Part shown: positions 1-8,094 of the stretch, one piece after another
How positions within the stretch are numbered: the stretch's first letter is position 1
Layout of the letters: each line of letters opens with the position of its first letter
Virus record (IMG/VR): IMGVR_UViG_2660238511_000011
Length of the DNA: 16,143 bases
Source of the DNA: a virus
Taxonomy: Duplodnaviria > Heunggongvirae > Uroviricota > Caudoviricetes
Strand: one strand, 5' to 3'
The notes under the pieces: model-generated
Told to the model about the DNA's origin: nothing
What the model saw: the letters and a program-made list of their open reading frames with translations, nothing else
Databases searched by the model: none
Made by a program: the position numbers and the translations under genes

Positions 1-1461
1 ATGAAAAAATTACTGCGTCTTTTTTTCCCGCTCTCGCTGCGGGTACGTTTTCTGTTGGCAACGGCAGCGGTAGTACTGGTGCTTTCGCTTGCCTACGGAA
101 TGGTCGCGCTGATCGGTTATAGCGTCAGTTTCGATAAAACTACGTTTCGGCTGTTACGTGGCGAGAGCAATCTGTTCTATACCCTTGCGCAGTGGGAAAA
201 CAATAAGTTGCATGTCGAGTTACCCGAAAATATCGACAAGCAAAGCCCCACCATGACGCTAATTTATGATGAGAACGGGCAGCTTTTATGGGCGCAACGT
301 GACGTGCCCTGGCTGATGAAAATGATCCAGCCTGACTGGCTGAAATCGAATGGTTTTCATGAAATTGAAGCGGATGTTAACGATACCAGCCTCTTGCTGA
401 GTGGAGATCATTCGATACAGCAACAGTTGCAGGAAGTGCGGGAAGATGATGACGACGCGGAGATGACCCACTCGGTGGCGGTAAACGTCTACCCGGCAAC
501 ATCGCGGATGCCAAAATTAACCATTGTGGTGGTGGATACCATTCCGGTGGAGCTAAAAAGTTCCTATATGGTCTGGAGCTGGTTTATCTATGTGCTCTCA
601 GCCAATCTGCTGTTAGTGATCCCGCTGCTGTGGGTCGCCGCCTGGTGGAGTTTACGCCCCATCGAAGCCCTGGCAAAAGAAGTCCGCGAACTGGAAGAAC
701 ATAACCGCGAATTGCTCAATCCAGCCACAACGCGAGAACTGACCAGTCTGGTACGAAACCTGAACCGATTGTTAAAAAGTGAACGCGAACGTTACGACAA
801 ATACCGTACGACGCTCACCGACCTGACCCATAGTCTGAAAACGCCACTGGCGGTGCTGCAAAGTACGCTGCGTTCTCTGCGTAGTGAAAAGATGAGCGTC
901 AGTGATGCTGAGCCGGTAATGCTGGAGCAAATCAGCCGCATTTCACAGCAAATTGGCTACTACCTGCATCGTGCCAGTATGCGCGGCGGGACATTGCTCA
1001 GCCGCGAGCTGCATCCGGTCGCCCCACTGCTGGACAATCTCACCTCAGCGCTGAACAAAGTGTATCAACGCAAAGGGGTCAATATCTCTCTCGATATTTC
1101 GCCAGAGATCAGCTTTGTCGGTGAGCAGAACGATTTTGTCGAGGTGATGGGCAACGTGCTGGATAATGCCTGTAAATATTGCCTCGAGTTTGTCGAAATT
1201 TCTGCAAGGCAAACCGACGAGCATCTCTATATTGTGGTCGAGGATGATGGCCCCGGTATTCCATTAAGCAAGCGAGAGGTCATTTTCGACCGTGGTCAAC
1301 GGGTTGATACTTTACGCCCTGGGCAAGGTGTAGGGCTGGCGGTAGCCCGCGAAATCACCGAGCAATATGAGGGTAAAATCGTCGCCGGAGAGAGCATGCT
1401 GGGCGGTGCGCGGATGGAGGTGATTTTTGGTCGCCAGCATTCTGCGCCGAAAGATGAATAA
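1..1461 (+). CDS. phoQ: Sensor histidine kinase PhoQ of the PhoP/PhoQ two-component system, complete, 486 aa
   Basis: ORF 1..1461 from ATG to TAA (1459-1461). Two N-terminal hydrophobic segments flank a periplasmic domain with the acidic patch EDDDDAEM. H-box [11 protein letters not shown] and HATPase motifs DNACKY, DDGPGI and GQGVGL are present. The protein is recognised from memory as enterobacterial PhoQ. Confidence 0.95.
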   Translation: MKKLLRLFFPLSLRVRFLLATAAVVLVLSLAYGMVALIGYSVSFDKTTFRLLRGESNLFYTLAQWENNKLHVELPENIDKQSPTMTLIYDENGQLLWAQRDVPWLMKMIQPDWLKSNGFHEIEADVNDTSLLLSGDHSIQQQLQEVREDDDDAEMTHSVAVNVYPATSRMPKLTIVVVDTIPVELKSSYMVWSWFIYVLSANLLLVIPLLWVAAWWSLRPIEALAKEVRELEEHNRELLNPATTRELTSLVRNLNRLLKSERERYDKYRTTLTDLTHSLKTPLAVLQSTLRSLRSEKMSVSDAEPVMLEQISRISQQIGYYLHRASMRGGTLLSRELHPVAPLLDNLTSALNKVYQRKGVNISLDISPEISFVGEQNDFVEVMGNVLDNACKYCLEFVEISARQTDEHLYIVVEDDGPGIPLSKREVIFDRGQRVDTLRPGQGVGLAVAREITEQYEGKIVAGESMLGGARMEVIFGRQHSAPKDE

Positions 1462-1579
1462 ATATGTCCTTTTACCACTACATCAAGTCATTGATTCGAT
1501 CAAACAATTTTCATTGAAAAAGTGCCAAAAATCGCAAATTGACTACACCATTAACTACACCGTTCGGTGCACTGTATGA

Positions 1580-1615
1580 AACAACGTGGAACAAATAGAC
1601 ACAAGAAATATACAG
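1580..1615 (+). promoter_or_regulatory. Copy A of the repeated motif AACAACGTGGAACAA followed by 10-bp-phased (C)ACAA repeats
   Basis: The 15-mer at 1580-1594 is identical to 9138-9152. AACAA-like units start at 1580, 1590 and 1600. Confidence 0.4.
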
Positions 1616-1970
1616 GCGGGTAATCTTTCCAGGGGGAAGCGCACCAATTCATGAGGGGCGTTAATGTCGATATGGGGATCCCCATAACGGGGCTACCGGA
1701 TTTTTTTTCCGGTTAACCTTTAATCAGGCTGGTGGGTTTTACATACCCTTGATCACCGTAATGATGATCCAGATGTGCACCTTTTCCACCAATGGCGGAA
1801 AAGCTCCAACCGTAACGATGATCGCTATGGTTGCCTCGATGGTCTGCGTGGTCATTATGACCGTTCAGCCAGTGACCTTAATCAGAATTTTTCGCTAAAA
1901 AATGACGTTGGCCACGTCATCCGGAAAGCACAAAATCACGTCGATTTTTAATGAACGGTTAAACCGTCTT

Positions 1971-2010
1971 TTTGTCACGGTGTGTCACTGGTTGTCACTC
2001 TCCGTCACGA
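1971..2010 (+). repeat. Four direct GTCAC repeats at exact 10-bp phasing
   Basis: GTCAC at 1974-1978, 1984-1988, 1994-1998 and 2004-2008. The aligned decamers are tttGTCACgg, tgtGTCACtg, gttGTCACtc and tccGTCACga. Confidence 0.45.
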
Positions 2011-2257
2011 TTGAGGTGGTGGTCATTCTGCCCGACCGCGCATTTTTGCGCTATCGGGAATATCAAACAGTTACCTCGCCGACTTCCTCAAATTGAGGTT
2101 TCCGAAAATATCAGAGCGGGTTAGCGATTAAGCTGACGAGTAATTAAACTGCGAAAATTTCGTAGTTTCTGAATATATTCCGGCCTGCTGGTTAACAGTC
2201 CTCAGATGTGAGGGATGTAGCCAGCGCAATTTTGCGCTTTGCTTTAATCTCAGTGAG

Positions 2258-2539
2258 TTACCGCCGTAACCGCTCCGGCTTCTTCCAGTGGTACGTGATT
2301 TTCTCCTTCTCCCGATACAGTTCAACGCGGCGATTGTAGGCCAGCATTTCCAGAACGCGGATCCGTATGTCGCGCATATCCGCATCATTAAGCTGGATAC
2401 CATCACGGCGCATCACCTCAGCAACAACACGCGCATAATTTTCGGCTGTCACGCTGTCCGGCTGCGTGGTCTGTTCGTCAGCCTGCTGGCTGATTCCAGA
2501 GACGCGGCGGATTAATCGCAGTATTTCGGCTTCTGTCAT
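2258..2539 (-). CDS. Hypothetical protein, 93 aa, last gene of the packaging operon
   Basis: ORF begins 13 nt after the terL stop, with a GAGGT-like ribosome-binding site about 8 nt upstream of the ATG. No family recognised. Confidence 0.5.
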   Translation of the reverse strand: MTEAEILRLIRRVSGISQQADEQTTQPDSVTAENYARVVAEVMRRDGIQLNDADMRDIRIRVLEMLAYNRRVELYREKEKITYHWKKPERLRR

Positions 2540-2552
2540 GCTGCTGACCTCA

Positions 2553-4214
2553 TTACACCCCGCTAAATTCTTCCAGTTTCTGGCGGTGGCTGTCGCTTAT
2601 ATCAAAAGCAAAATCCTCATGCTCTGCCTGGAATGTACCAAACGCCATCAGCGCCGCTACGCTCGGGTCTATCTTGTTCGGTGATTTTTTCTTGTTCGGC
2701 TTGATATTGGCGTTCGCGTCACTCTGCATCACGACGTTACTCATCGACCAGGACAACACCGGATCGCCACGATGCACAATCACCCTGCGGTTAACAAAAA
2801 CTTCGAACGATTTCGCCGCCGGACTGAATCTGAGGTAGGTTTGCGGGAACGGCTCCACCTCAAAACCAGCCCCCTGTAATTGCGTCCTGAGATGCGTGGC
2901 GTTCCACGTATCAAAGCCCACCAGCCTGATATTAAATTTCTCCGCATCCTGCATGATGTCATCTCTGATCCGGTCGTAATCAATGCAGTCACCTGGCGTT
3001 GTGCGTATCCAGCCCGCTTTAGCCCACTGGCGATAGACAGCGCGGTTTTTATTGGCGGGGTTCTGTAGCTGGAACTCCGGCAGATAATGACGGGAAATCA
3101 GCATAATGGTTTTACCGACCGGAAAGGCATAGCATACGCTGGAAATATCGCTGGTTGATGATAAGTCCAGCCCCGCGTAACACTCCTGACCGTGTAAATC
3201 TTCCTCCGTGAACGTTCCGGCACACTCAGCCCATGCACCATTACCCATCCACGGGGTAGTCCCCTGACACCAGATATTAAATCGCTTTGTCATCATCTCC
3301 ACCCACTGCGACGGAATACCCCGCGCTTTCTGGATGGTTGAGGCCAGTTTTTCACGATCCACGGAAACATCAATATTAGGGTTCGCCTTTATCCACATCG
3401 CCGGATCATCAACCTCGTTTTCGTCGTCCAGTTCGTAAATCAGTACAAAAATTGAATCGTTGACCTCTTCGCCGTCCAGGATCTGGCAGCAATAATCATA
3501 GTGCTGTTTACAGGCTGAAACGACGTTACTGCCCGATGTGGTAATGGCAAATAACAGCCCTTCGGGACGTGCGCCCATCCCCAGCTCAAGCGCGGAATAA
3601 ACGCCGTTATCGGGGTGTAGGTGGTATTCGTCCACGATGGAAAGACTGGGGTTTGTCCCCTCGATGGTTGCCGCTTTTGCTGCCAGCGGCTTTAACAGGC
3701 TGTTGCTTTTCGGGTGTATCACCTTATGCGCCTGAATATTCACCCGCCTGCGTAACGGTCGGGATAAAAGGCACATCTGACGCGCATTATCAAACACGAT
3801 CCGCGCCTGGTCACGGCTCACCGCTGCGGTGTAGATATCCTGCTGACCGTTCTCCATAATCAGAAACCAGTTAGCCAGAATCGCGGCGGTCGTGGATTTC
3901 GCATTTTTGCGCGGCACTTCGATAAAGGCGCTCGTGTATTTGCGCCGTCCGGTGGCCTTAACCTTAAAGCCGAGGATGCACGCAAAGGCGAACTGCTGCC
4001 ACGGCTCCAGCTCAATGGGTCTGCCACGCATCGGTCCTTTTACGTGCGGGCACACCCTGGAAAAGGCAATAAACCGCTCCACAACCTCACGATCGAACGT
4101 GTAAAGGGGGCTTTTAAGGTCCGAAAAGTACCGTTTAACAGCCTGTTTTAACCGTTTACAGGCCGGAATTTTGCCCGTTTTTACGTCTTCTGCGTACTTA
4201 TTCCAGGCGGTCAA
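2553..4214 (-). CDS. terL: Terminase large subunit (Terminase_1-type ATPase/nuclease), 553 aa
   Basis: Length, Walker-A-like segment VPRKNAKST and overall resemblance to phage large terminases. Its start overlaps the terS 3-prime end. Confidence 0.9.
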   Translation of the reverse strand: MTAWNKYAEDVKTGKIPACKRLKQAVKRYFSDLKSPLYTFDREVVERFIAFSRVCPHVKGPMRGRPIELEPWQQFAFACILGFKVKATGRRKYTSAFIEVPRKNAKSTTAAILANWFLIMENGQQDIYTAAVSRDQARIVFDNARQMCLLSRPLRRRVNIQAHKVIHPKSNSLLKPLAAKAATIEGTNPSLSIVDEYHLHPDNGVYSALELGMGARPEGLLFAITTSGSNVVSACKQHYDYCCQILDGEEVNDSIFVLIYELDDENEVDDPAMWIKANPNIDVSVDREKLASTIQKARGIPSQWVEMMTKRFNIWCQGTTPWMGNGAWAECAGTFTEEDLHGQECYAGLDLSSTSDISSVCYAFPVGKTIMLISRHYLPEFQLQNPANKNRAVYRQWAKAGWIRTTPGDCIDYDRIRDDIMQDAEKFNIRLVGFDTWNATHLRTQLQGAGFEVEPFPQTYLRFSPAAKSFEVFVNRRVIVHRGDPVLSWSMSNVVMQSDANANIKPNKKKSPNKIDPSVAALMAFGTFQAEHEDFAFDISDSHRQKLEEFSGV

Positions 4215-4816
4215 GCTCGTCCTCTTCTTCTGTTTCCGGTGGATTTTTACGGCGGCTTATCGGGTCAAAACCGAGCAAGGAGGCCATTTTTATCATCACT
4301 CTTTCAGCGTCGGATTTTGCGCTTAATGCGGGGTTTCTGCTCTCGCCGCCCTGACTGTTAACAATGCTGAACCCGCGCGCCGCAAGGTCTGCAACGGCTT
4401 TCCGGTAAATGGAGTAGTTGACGCAATACAGTTCCAGATTGCTCCAGTCGGCGGGGGTCAGGTCTCCCCGTTCCGCAAGCTGCCGCGATTTTTCCCGCCA
4501 CTGCTTCACGGCGATATCATCCAGGTAGGCGGGGGCGGGGTTGTCCTGAAAAAGCCCCCCNNNNNNNNNNNNNNNNNNNNNNNNNNNNNNNNNNNNNNNN
4601 NNNNNNNNNNNNNNNNNNNNNNNNNNNNNNNNNNNNNNNNNNNNNNNNNNNNNNNNNNNNNNNNNNNNNNNNNNNNNNNNNNNNGGTTAATCGCTTCGCT
4701 GTGATGCGTTCTGCGCGTCCTGACGCTTTATCTTTATGCCCTGTTTCCTGTGTCTTCCATGCGTCACGCTGCCTTATAAGTCCACGGATAAGGCGGTTTT
4801 GTTCCCGCTCATTCAT
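4198..4816 (-). CDS. terS: Terminase small subunit, P27-family-like, interrupted by an assembly gap of 124 N
   Basis: The C-terminal part (4198..4560) reads PAPAYLDDIAVKQWREK...LELYCVNYSIYRKAVADL...GGESRNPALSAKSDAERVMIKMASLLGFDPISRRK, typical of P27-family TerS. The reading frame is open up to the gap edge. An N-terminal fragment (ATG at 4816, MNEREQNRL...) runs in frame into the other gap edge and overlaps the HNH stop. Confidence 0.6.
4561..4684. other. Assembly gap (124 N) inside terS
   Basis: Run of N characters. Confidence 0.99.
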
Positions 4817-5249
4817 CAGCGTCATACATCCAGTTATTGCGGTTAGCAGCCCGTTCTTCCTCTTCACGAAATCCACCTGCGGCACGCTTGCTTTTTGTTG
4901 CCGGATCAAGCCATTTCGTTTTCTGGTTATGACACGCCTGGCACAATGGTTGATGGTTCCATTCGGGCCAGAAGAGAACATCATCACCGCCATTAATCGG
5001 GATAATGTGATCCACCACCACGGCGGGCGTATATATCCCCTTCTCAAGGCATCGCACGCATAACGGGTTTTTACTCAGATACATGGCGCGGTATTTGTCC
5101 CACTGTCTGGAATATCCACGCGCGCGGCGGTGTCCTCGTCTGGCATCCTCTGCACGCCATGCCGCCCGCCTGTGCTCCTCACACTTGCCGGATTTAACGC
5201 GCCTGTTACAGCCTGGTTCTGTGCATCGTCTTAATGGTTGCCACGGCAT
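4809..5249 (-). CDS. HNH endonuclease, phage packaging-associated, 146 aa
   Basis: Cys pairs and the DHIIP...N...CxxCHNxKT motif. It sits directly upstream of terS/terL, and its start overlaps the upstream stop as ATGA. Confidence 0.85.
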   Translation of the reverse strand: MPWQPLRRCTEPGCNRRVKSGKCEEHRRAAWRAEDARRGHRRARGYSRQWDKYRAMYLSKNPLCVRCLEKGIYTPAVVVDHIIPINGGDDVLFWPEWNHQPLCQACHNQKTKWLDPATKSKRAAGGFREEEERAANRNNWMYDADE

Positions 5250-5545
5250 CAGTACCCCCCCACATCACGGTAAGCCGTCCAGAGTGCGCCTATCGTCATG
5301 GGTACGCGTGTTTTTGCGTTATCCGCGACAATCTGGCGATTTTCATACAGGTGAGCGATAAACATCATGCAGCCAATCTTTATGGCTGGCGTGAACGCCA
5401 GCCCGTCATCAAAGCGCCTGCCTATGTGTATCTGGCACGCCTCAAGCGATGCGGCAATGTATCCGCTGATTAACTGGTCTTCATCGTCGCCATCGATGCG
5501 GCAATGGAGTTTCACTTCTTCCAGGGTGATAAGTTCTTCTGTCAT
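5249..5545 (-). CDS. Head-tail connector protein, gp6-like, 98 aa
   Basis: N-terminal LTLEEVKLHCRIDGDDEDQLI signature of gp6-like connector proteins. The gene is translationally coupled on both sides. Confidence 0.75.
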   Translation of the reverse strand: MTEELITLEEVKLHCRIDGDDEDQLISGYIAASLEACQIHIGRRFDDGLAFTPAIKIGCMMFIAHLYENRQIVADNAKTRVPMTIGALWTAYRDVGGY

Positions 5546-5943
5546 TTTTCCGCGCCCTCACGACAAAGAATTTCAAGGCGTGTCCTGGCGGCATCCGGCA
5601 GCGGCTGCCCGATGATATTCAGTACACGCCCCGCCAGCGNNNNNNNNNNNNNNNNNNNNNNCAGCGGCTGCCCGATGATATTCAGTACACGCCCCGCCAG
5701 CGGCCCCGTACTGACCTTTATCCGGCTGGTGGCGTTGATGTCCTTCCGGTACCGTATCCAGATCCTTACGGTACCAATCGCCAGCTCTGCGCCCGATGAA
5801 ATGGCCTCCTTGCTGCTGACCATGTTCACGCTTGCCCAGAGTGTGTGACCGTCCTCCCACGTTTCGAGTATTTCGCCGGTTATATCCCTGGTCTGTTTCA
5901 GGGTCTGAATCGTTATCCTGTCACGCAGTCGCCCTATGTTCAT
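5542..5943 (-). CDS. Head-tail adaptor / head-closure protein (SPP1 gp16-like); contains a 22-N gap flanked by a duplicated 41 bp
   Basis: MNIGRLRDRITIQ...WASV...VRIWIRYRKDI pattern. The likely start is the ATG at 5943 overlapping the portal stop. The ORF track start at 5985 is probably an upstream extension. Confidence 0.7.
   Translation of the reverse strand: MNIGRLRDRITIQTLKQTRDITGEILETWEDGHTLWASVNMVSSKEAISSGAELAIGTVRIWIRYRKDINATSRIKVSTGPLAGRVLNIIGQPLXXXXXXXXLAGRVLNIIGQPLPDAARTRLEILCREGAEK
5640..5661. other. Assembly gap (22 N) flanked by a perfect 41-bp direct repeat (5599-5639 and 5662-5702)
   Basis: N-run; the identical sequence cagcggctgcccgatgatattcagtacacgccccgccagcg lies on both sides. 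Confidence 0.95.
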
Positions 5944-7151
5944 TCCGGTTTTTCTCCCTCGCTGATTTTTACTTCCTGTTTCCATGCCTGGCTGAACTCA
6001 TCACCACCATCACGCGGTGACAGCCCTTCACGTTCGCGGGCTTCGTTCGGACACATAACGTCGGATTTTATGCCGCGCTCATAGGTGGCAAAGCGTTCGC
6101 CAGGTGTGGCCCGTAACAGGTCCGCGCTGTCAAACTCCACCTGATACCGGATACCAGGTACAGGCGAGGCCACCAGCAAGGCGTTTTTTATCTGCTGCTC
6201 AAAGTTCGCCAGCCACGGGCGCATCGTCATGGTGAGAAATGCGCGGCTTGCCTCGCTGAAGTTGCTGTAGGTGCTGTTGCTGTATTCCTGCAAAAAAATC
6301 GGCGAGACGTTGAACATTCGGGCGATGTCTTCAATGGTGAAGCGACGGGAGGCCAGCCATTCGGCATCCTGATTACTCATGCCCAGCTGCTGATAGCTCA
6401 TCCCCCCTTCAAGGATGGGCGTTTTTCCGGCGTTTCTGGCCCCTTTGTAGCGTTCCAGTGCGGCTAATGCCTGTTTGCCCTTCACGCCGTCCAGCCATTC
6501 GCCTGACGTGATAACCCCTGCCGCCATCATGCCATCACGCATCACGCTCGCGCCGTGGCGTTGTTGGGCCAGCCCAAGCCCCAGCGATTCGCGGCAGATG
6601 GTTACAGGTGAGCGCCCCATAAAACCGTCATCCGTGGAGTAACGAAGGTGGAGAACCTCCCACGGTAAATAGTTGCGGGTGTTTCCGGTGTAGGCGTCAG
6701 TGATGCAGTAGCGCCAGTTATGATCACCTGTCTGATCCACGTTCACCGACTGCGGCGGGTAAGGATGTAAAGCCGCCGGAAAACCATCACGCCCCCACTG
6801 AATAACCGCATAAGCATTACCACTTAACAGGCAGTAGCGGATCATCATTCGCTTAAACTGGTAGGGTGTCTGCCACGCGTTCGGGCGCTCGTTGAGGATG
6901 TGATCGACCGGATGAGAATCAAGCCATTCGCGGGCCTCCTTCCCCTTCTCATTGCGTACCAGGTACAGGTAACACGGCATGGTAGCCACCGCGTCAGAGA
7001 TGACCGTGACGGCGTTCATGACGGCGGGGAGTGATTCCGCTGTCCCAGATGATACGTACTCACCCGCCCCCGTGTTCGATGTGCCGGCCAGCGCCATAAA
7101 TTCATCAAGCGTCATGCTGCGCTGCTCTTTTTTTCGTCTGAAAGGCCACAT
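5940..7151 (-). CDS. Portal protein, HK97 family, 403 aa
   Basis: Size and conserved portal core (ILEGGMSYQQLGMSNQDAEWLASRRFTIEDIARMFNVSP). Confidence 0.9.
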   Translation of the reverse strand: MWPFRRKKEQRSMTLDEFMALAGTSNTGAGEYVSSGTAESLPAVMNAVTVISDAVATMPCYLYLVRNEKGKEAREWLDSHPVDHILNERPNAWQTPYQFKRMMIRYCLLSGNAYAVIQWGRDGFPAALHPYPPQSVNVDQTGDHNWRYCITDAYTGNTRNYLPWEVLHLRYSTDDGFMGRSPVTICRESLGLGLAQQRHGASVMRDGMMAAGVITSGEWLDGVKGKQALAALERYKGARNAGKTPILEGGMSYQQLGMSNQDAEWLASRRFTIEDIARMFNVSPIFLQEYSNSTYSNFSEASRAFLTMTMRPWLANFEQQIKNALLVASPVPGIRYQVEFDSADLLRATPGERFATYERGIKSDVMCPNEAREREGLSPRDGGDEFSQAWKQEVKISEGEKPE

Positions 7152-7152
7152 A

Positions 7153-7725
7153 TCACACCCCCGCTAAATCCGCCCACCAGCGGCGATTATCCGCACGCGG
7201 CATTTTTTCGGGGTGCTGCTCATACAGGGAACGGCGGGCCAGCTCCACGCCGGAATCGGGGTAAGCCGGTACCGATGTAACGGTAATTTCGTACAGTTCC
7301 GCCACCAGCACGGTGCGCACGCATGGATCTGTTGTGGTATCCCATACATCCTTACGGGAGCGAAAGCCAAAGCTCATCCCCGAGATGTCCCCACGCTTAA
7401 CCAGTTCGATAACGTCGCGCCCTGTACTGGGATCCGGTGGGGTCAGTTCAAAGCGTAACCCTGTTTCGTCCTCTTCCAGTTTCAGCGTGCCGGAACGGGT
7501 GCGCCCCAGTAACATGCTGTGGTCATGCTCATACAGGCCGCGAACGTCATTACCCGCCGCAAGCCATTCAGTAAACGCCCCCCGCTGGAATTTTTCGTAA
7601 AACTCACCCCATAACAGTTCTGAAAGCTTATCCCAGCGAACAACGTAGCCCGTCAGCGTACCGGCTCCGCTGGTGGTGATTTCCGATGACCGGATTTCCA
7701 TACTCTTCATAATTTTTTCACCCAT
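7153..7725 (-). CDS. Prohead maturation protease, HK97 family, 190 aa
   Basis: Size, position between the capsid and portal genes, and a conserved His-containing segment (YEHDHS). Confidence 0.85.
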   Translation of the reverse strand: MGEKIMKSMEIRSSEITTSGAGTLTGYVVRWDKLSELLWGEFYEKFQRGAFTEWLAAGNDVRGLYEHDHSMLLGRTRSGTLKLEEDETGLRFELTPPDPSTGRDVIELVKRGDISGMSFGFRSRKDVWDTTTDPCVRTVLVAELYEITVTSVPAYPDSGVELARRSLYEQHPEKMPRADNRRWWADLAGV

Positions 7726-7734
7726 AAAACACTA

Positions 7735-7754
7735 AAGGGGCTTTTTAGCCCCTT
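7735..7754 (-). terminator. Intergenic hairpin (8-bp stem AAGGGGCT/AGCCCCTT) 10 nt after the capsid stop; candidate partial terminator
   Basis: Perfect 8-bp stem with a 4-nt loop, followed on the minus strand by a moderately U-rich stretch before the protease start. Confidence 0.4.
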
Positions 7755-7764
7755 CTGTATGCTG

Positions 7765-8094
7765 TTAATCGTCGTCTTCCGGCAGTGCCAGAATCTTGAT
7801 CGCGTTCGAATCCACCACGCCACCGCCTAAATATTTTTGCGTGAAAATTTTGATGAATCCTGGTTCTGTCAGGTTGTCCGGTCTGGTGCGAACACCTGTT
7901 TCGTGATCAACAATGTAGTAACCGCGTTTGAAGTCACCCAGGGCAATAACGTTATCAGGCATAAACTCCAGATATTCGACCGGAAGGCCCAGCAACGTAT
8001 CAGGATCACCCGCCTGTAAACGGTCGCGCCAGATATAATCACCGTTCGCGTTCTTCACCTTCTGAAGTTTTGCCGCCGTCGTGGAGTTAACCAC
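7765..8094 (-). CDS. Major capsid protein (HK97 fold), C-terminal fragment downstream of an in-frame TGA
   Basis: Same frame as ORF 8095..8970. Translation VNSTTAAKLQKV...TLLGLPVEYLEFMPD continues the capsid protein. Confidence 0.8.
   Translation of the reverse strand: MVNSTTAAKLQKVKNANGDYIWRDRLQAGDPDTLLGLPVEYLEFMPDNVIALGDFKRGYYIVDHETGVRTRPDNLTEPGFIKIFTQKYLGGGVVDSNAIKILALPEDDD

Noticed and set aside
1741-1901. Short ORFs on both strands (39 aa minus, 46 aa plus)
   Set aside because: Both strands are open over the same stretch and neither has a convincing ribosome-binding site; insufficient evidence for a small protein.
1902-2096. 64-aa plus-strand ORF downstream of phoQ
   Set aside because: No Shine-Dalgarno, it overlaps the phased GTCAC array, and its translation looks random; treated as non-coding regulatory DNA.
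1462-2257. tRNA or tmRNA as integration target at the island end
   Set aside because: I could not recognise a cloverleaf (acceptor stem with T-loop GTTC-type motif) by eye; a tRNA scan is needed to be certain.
4701-5063. 120-aa plus-strand ORF
   Set aside because: Antisense to the HNH and terS genes; no independent support.
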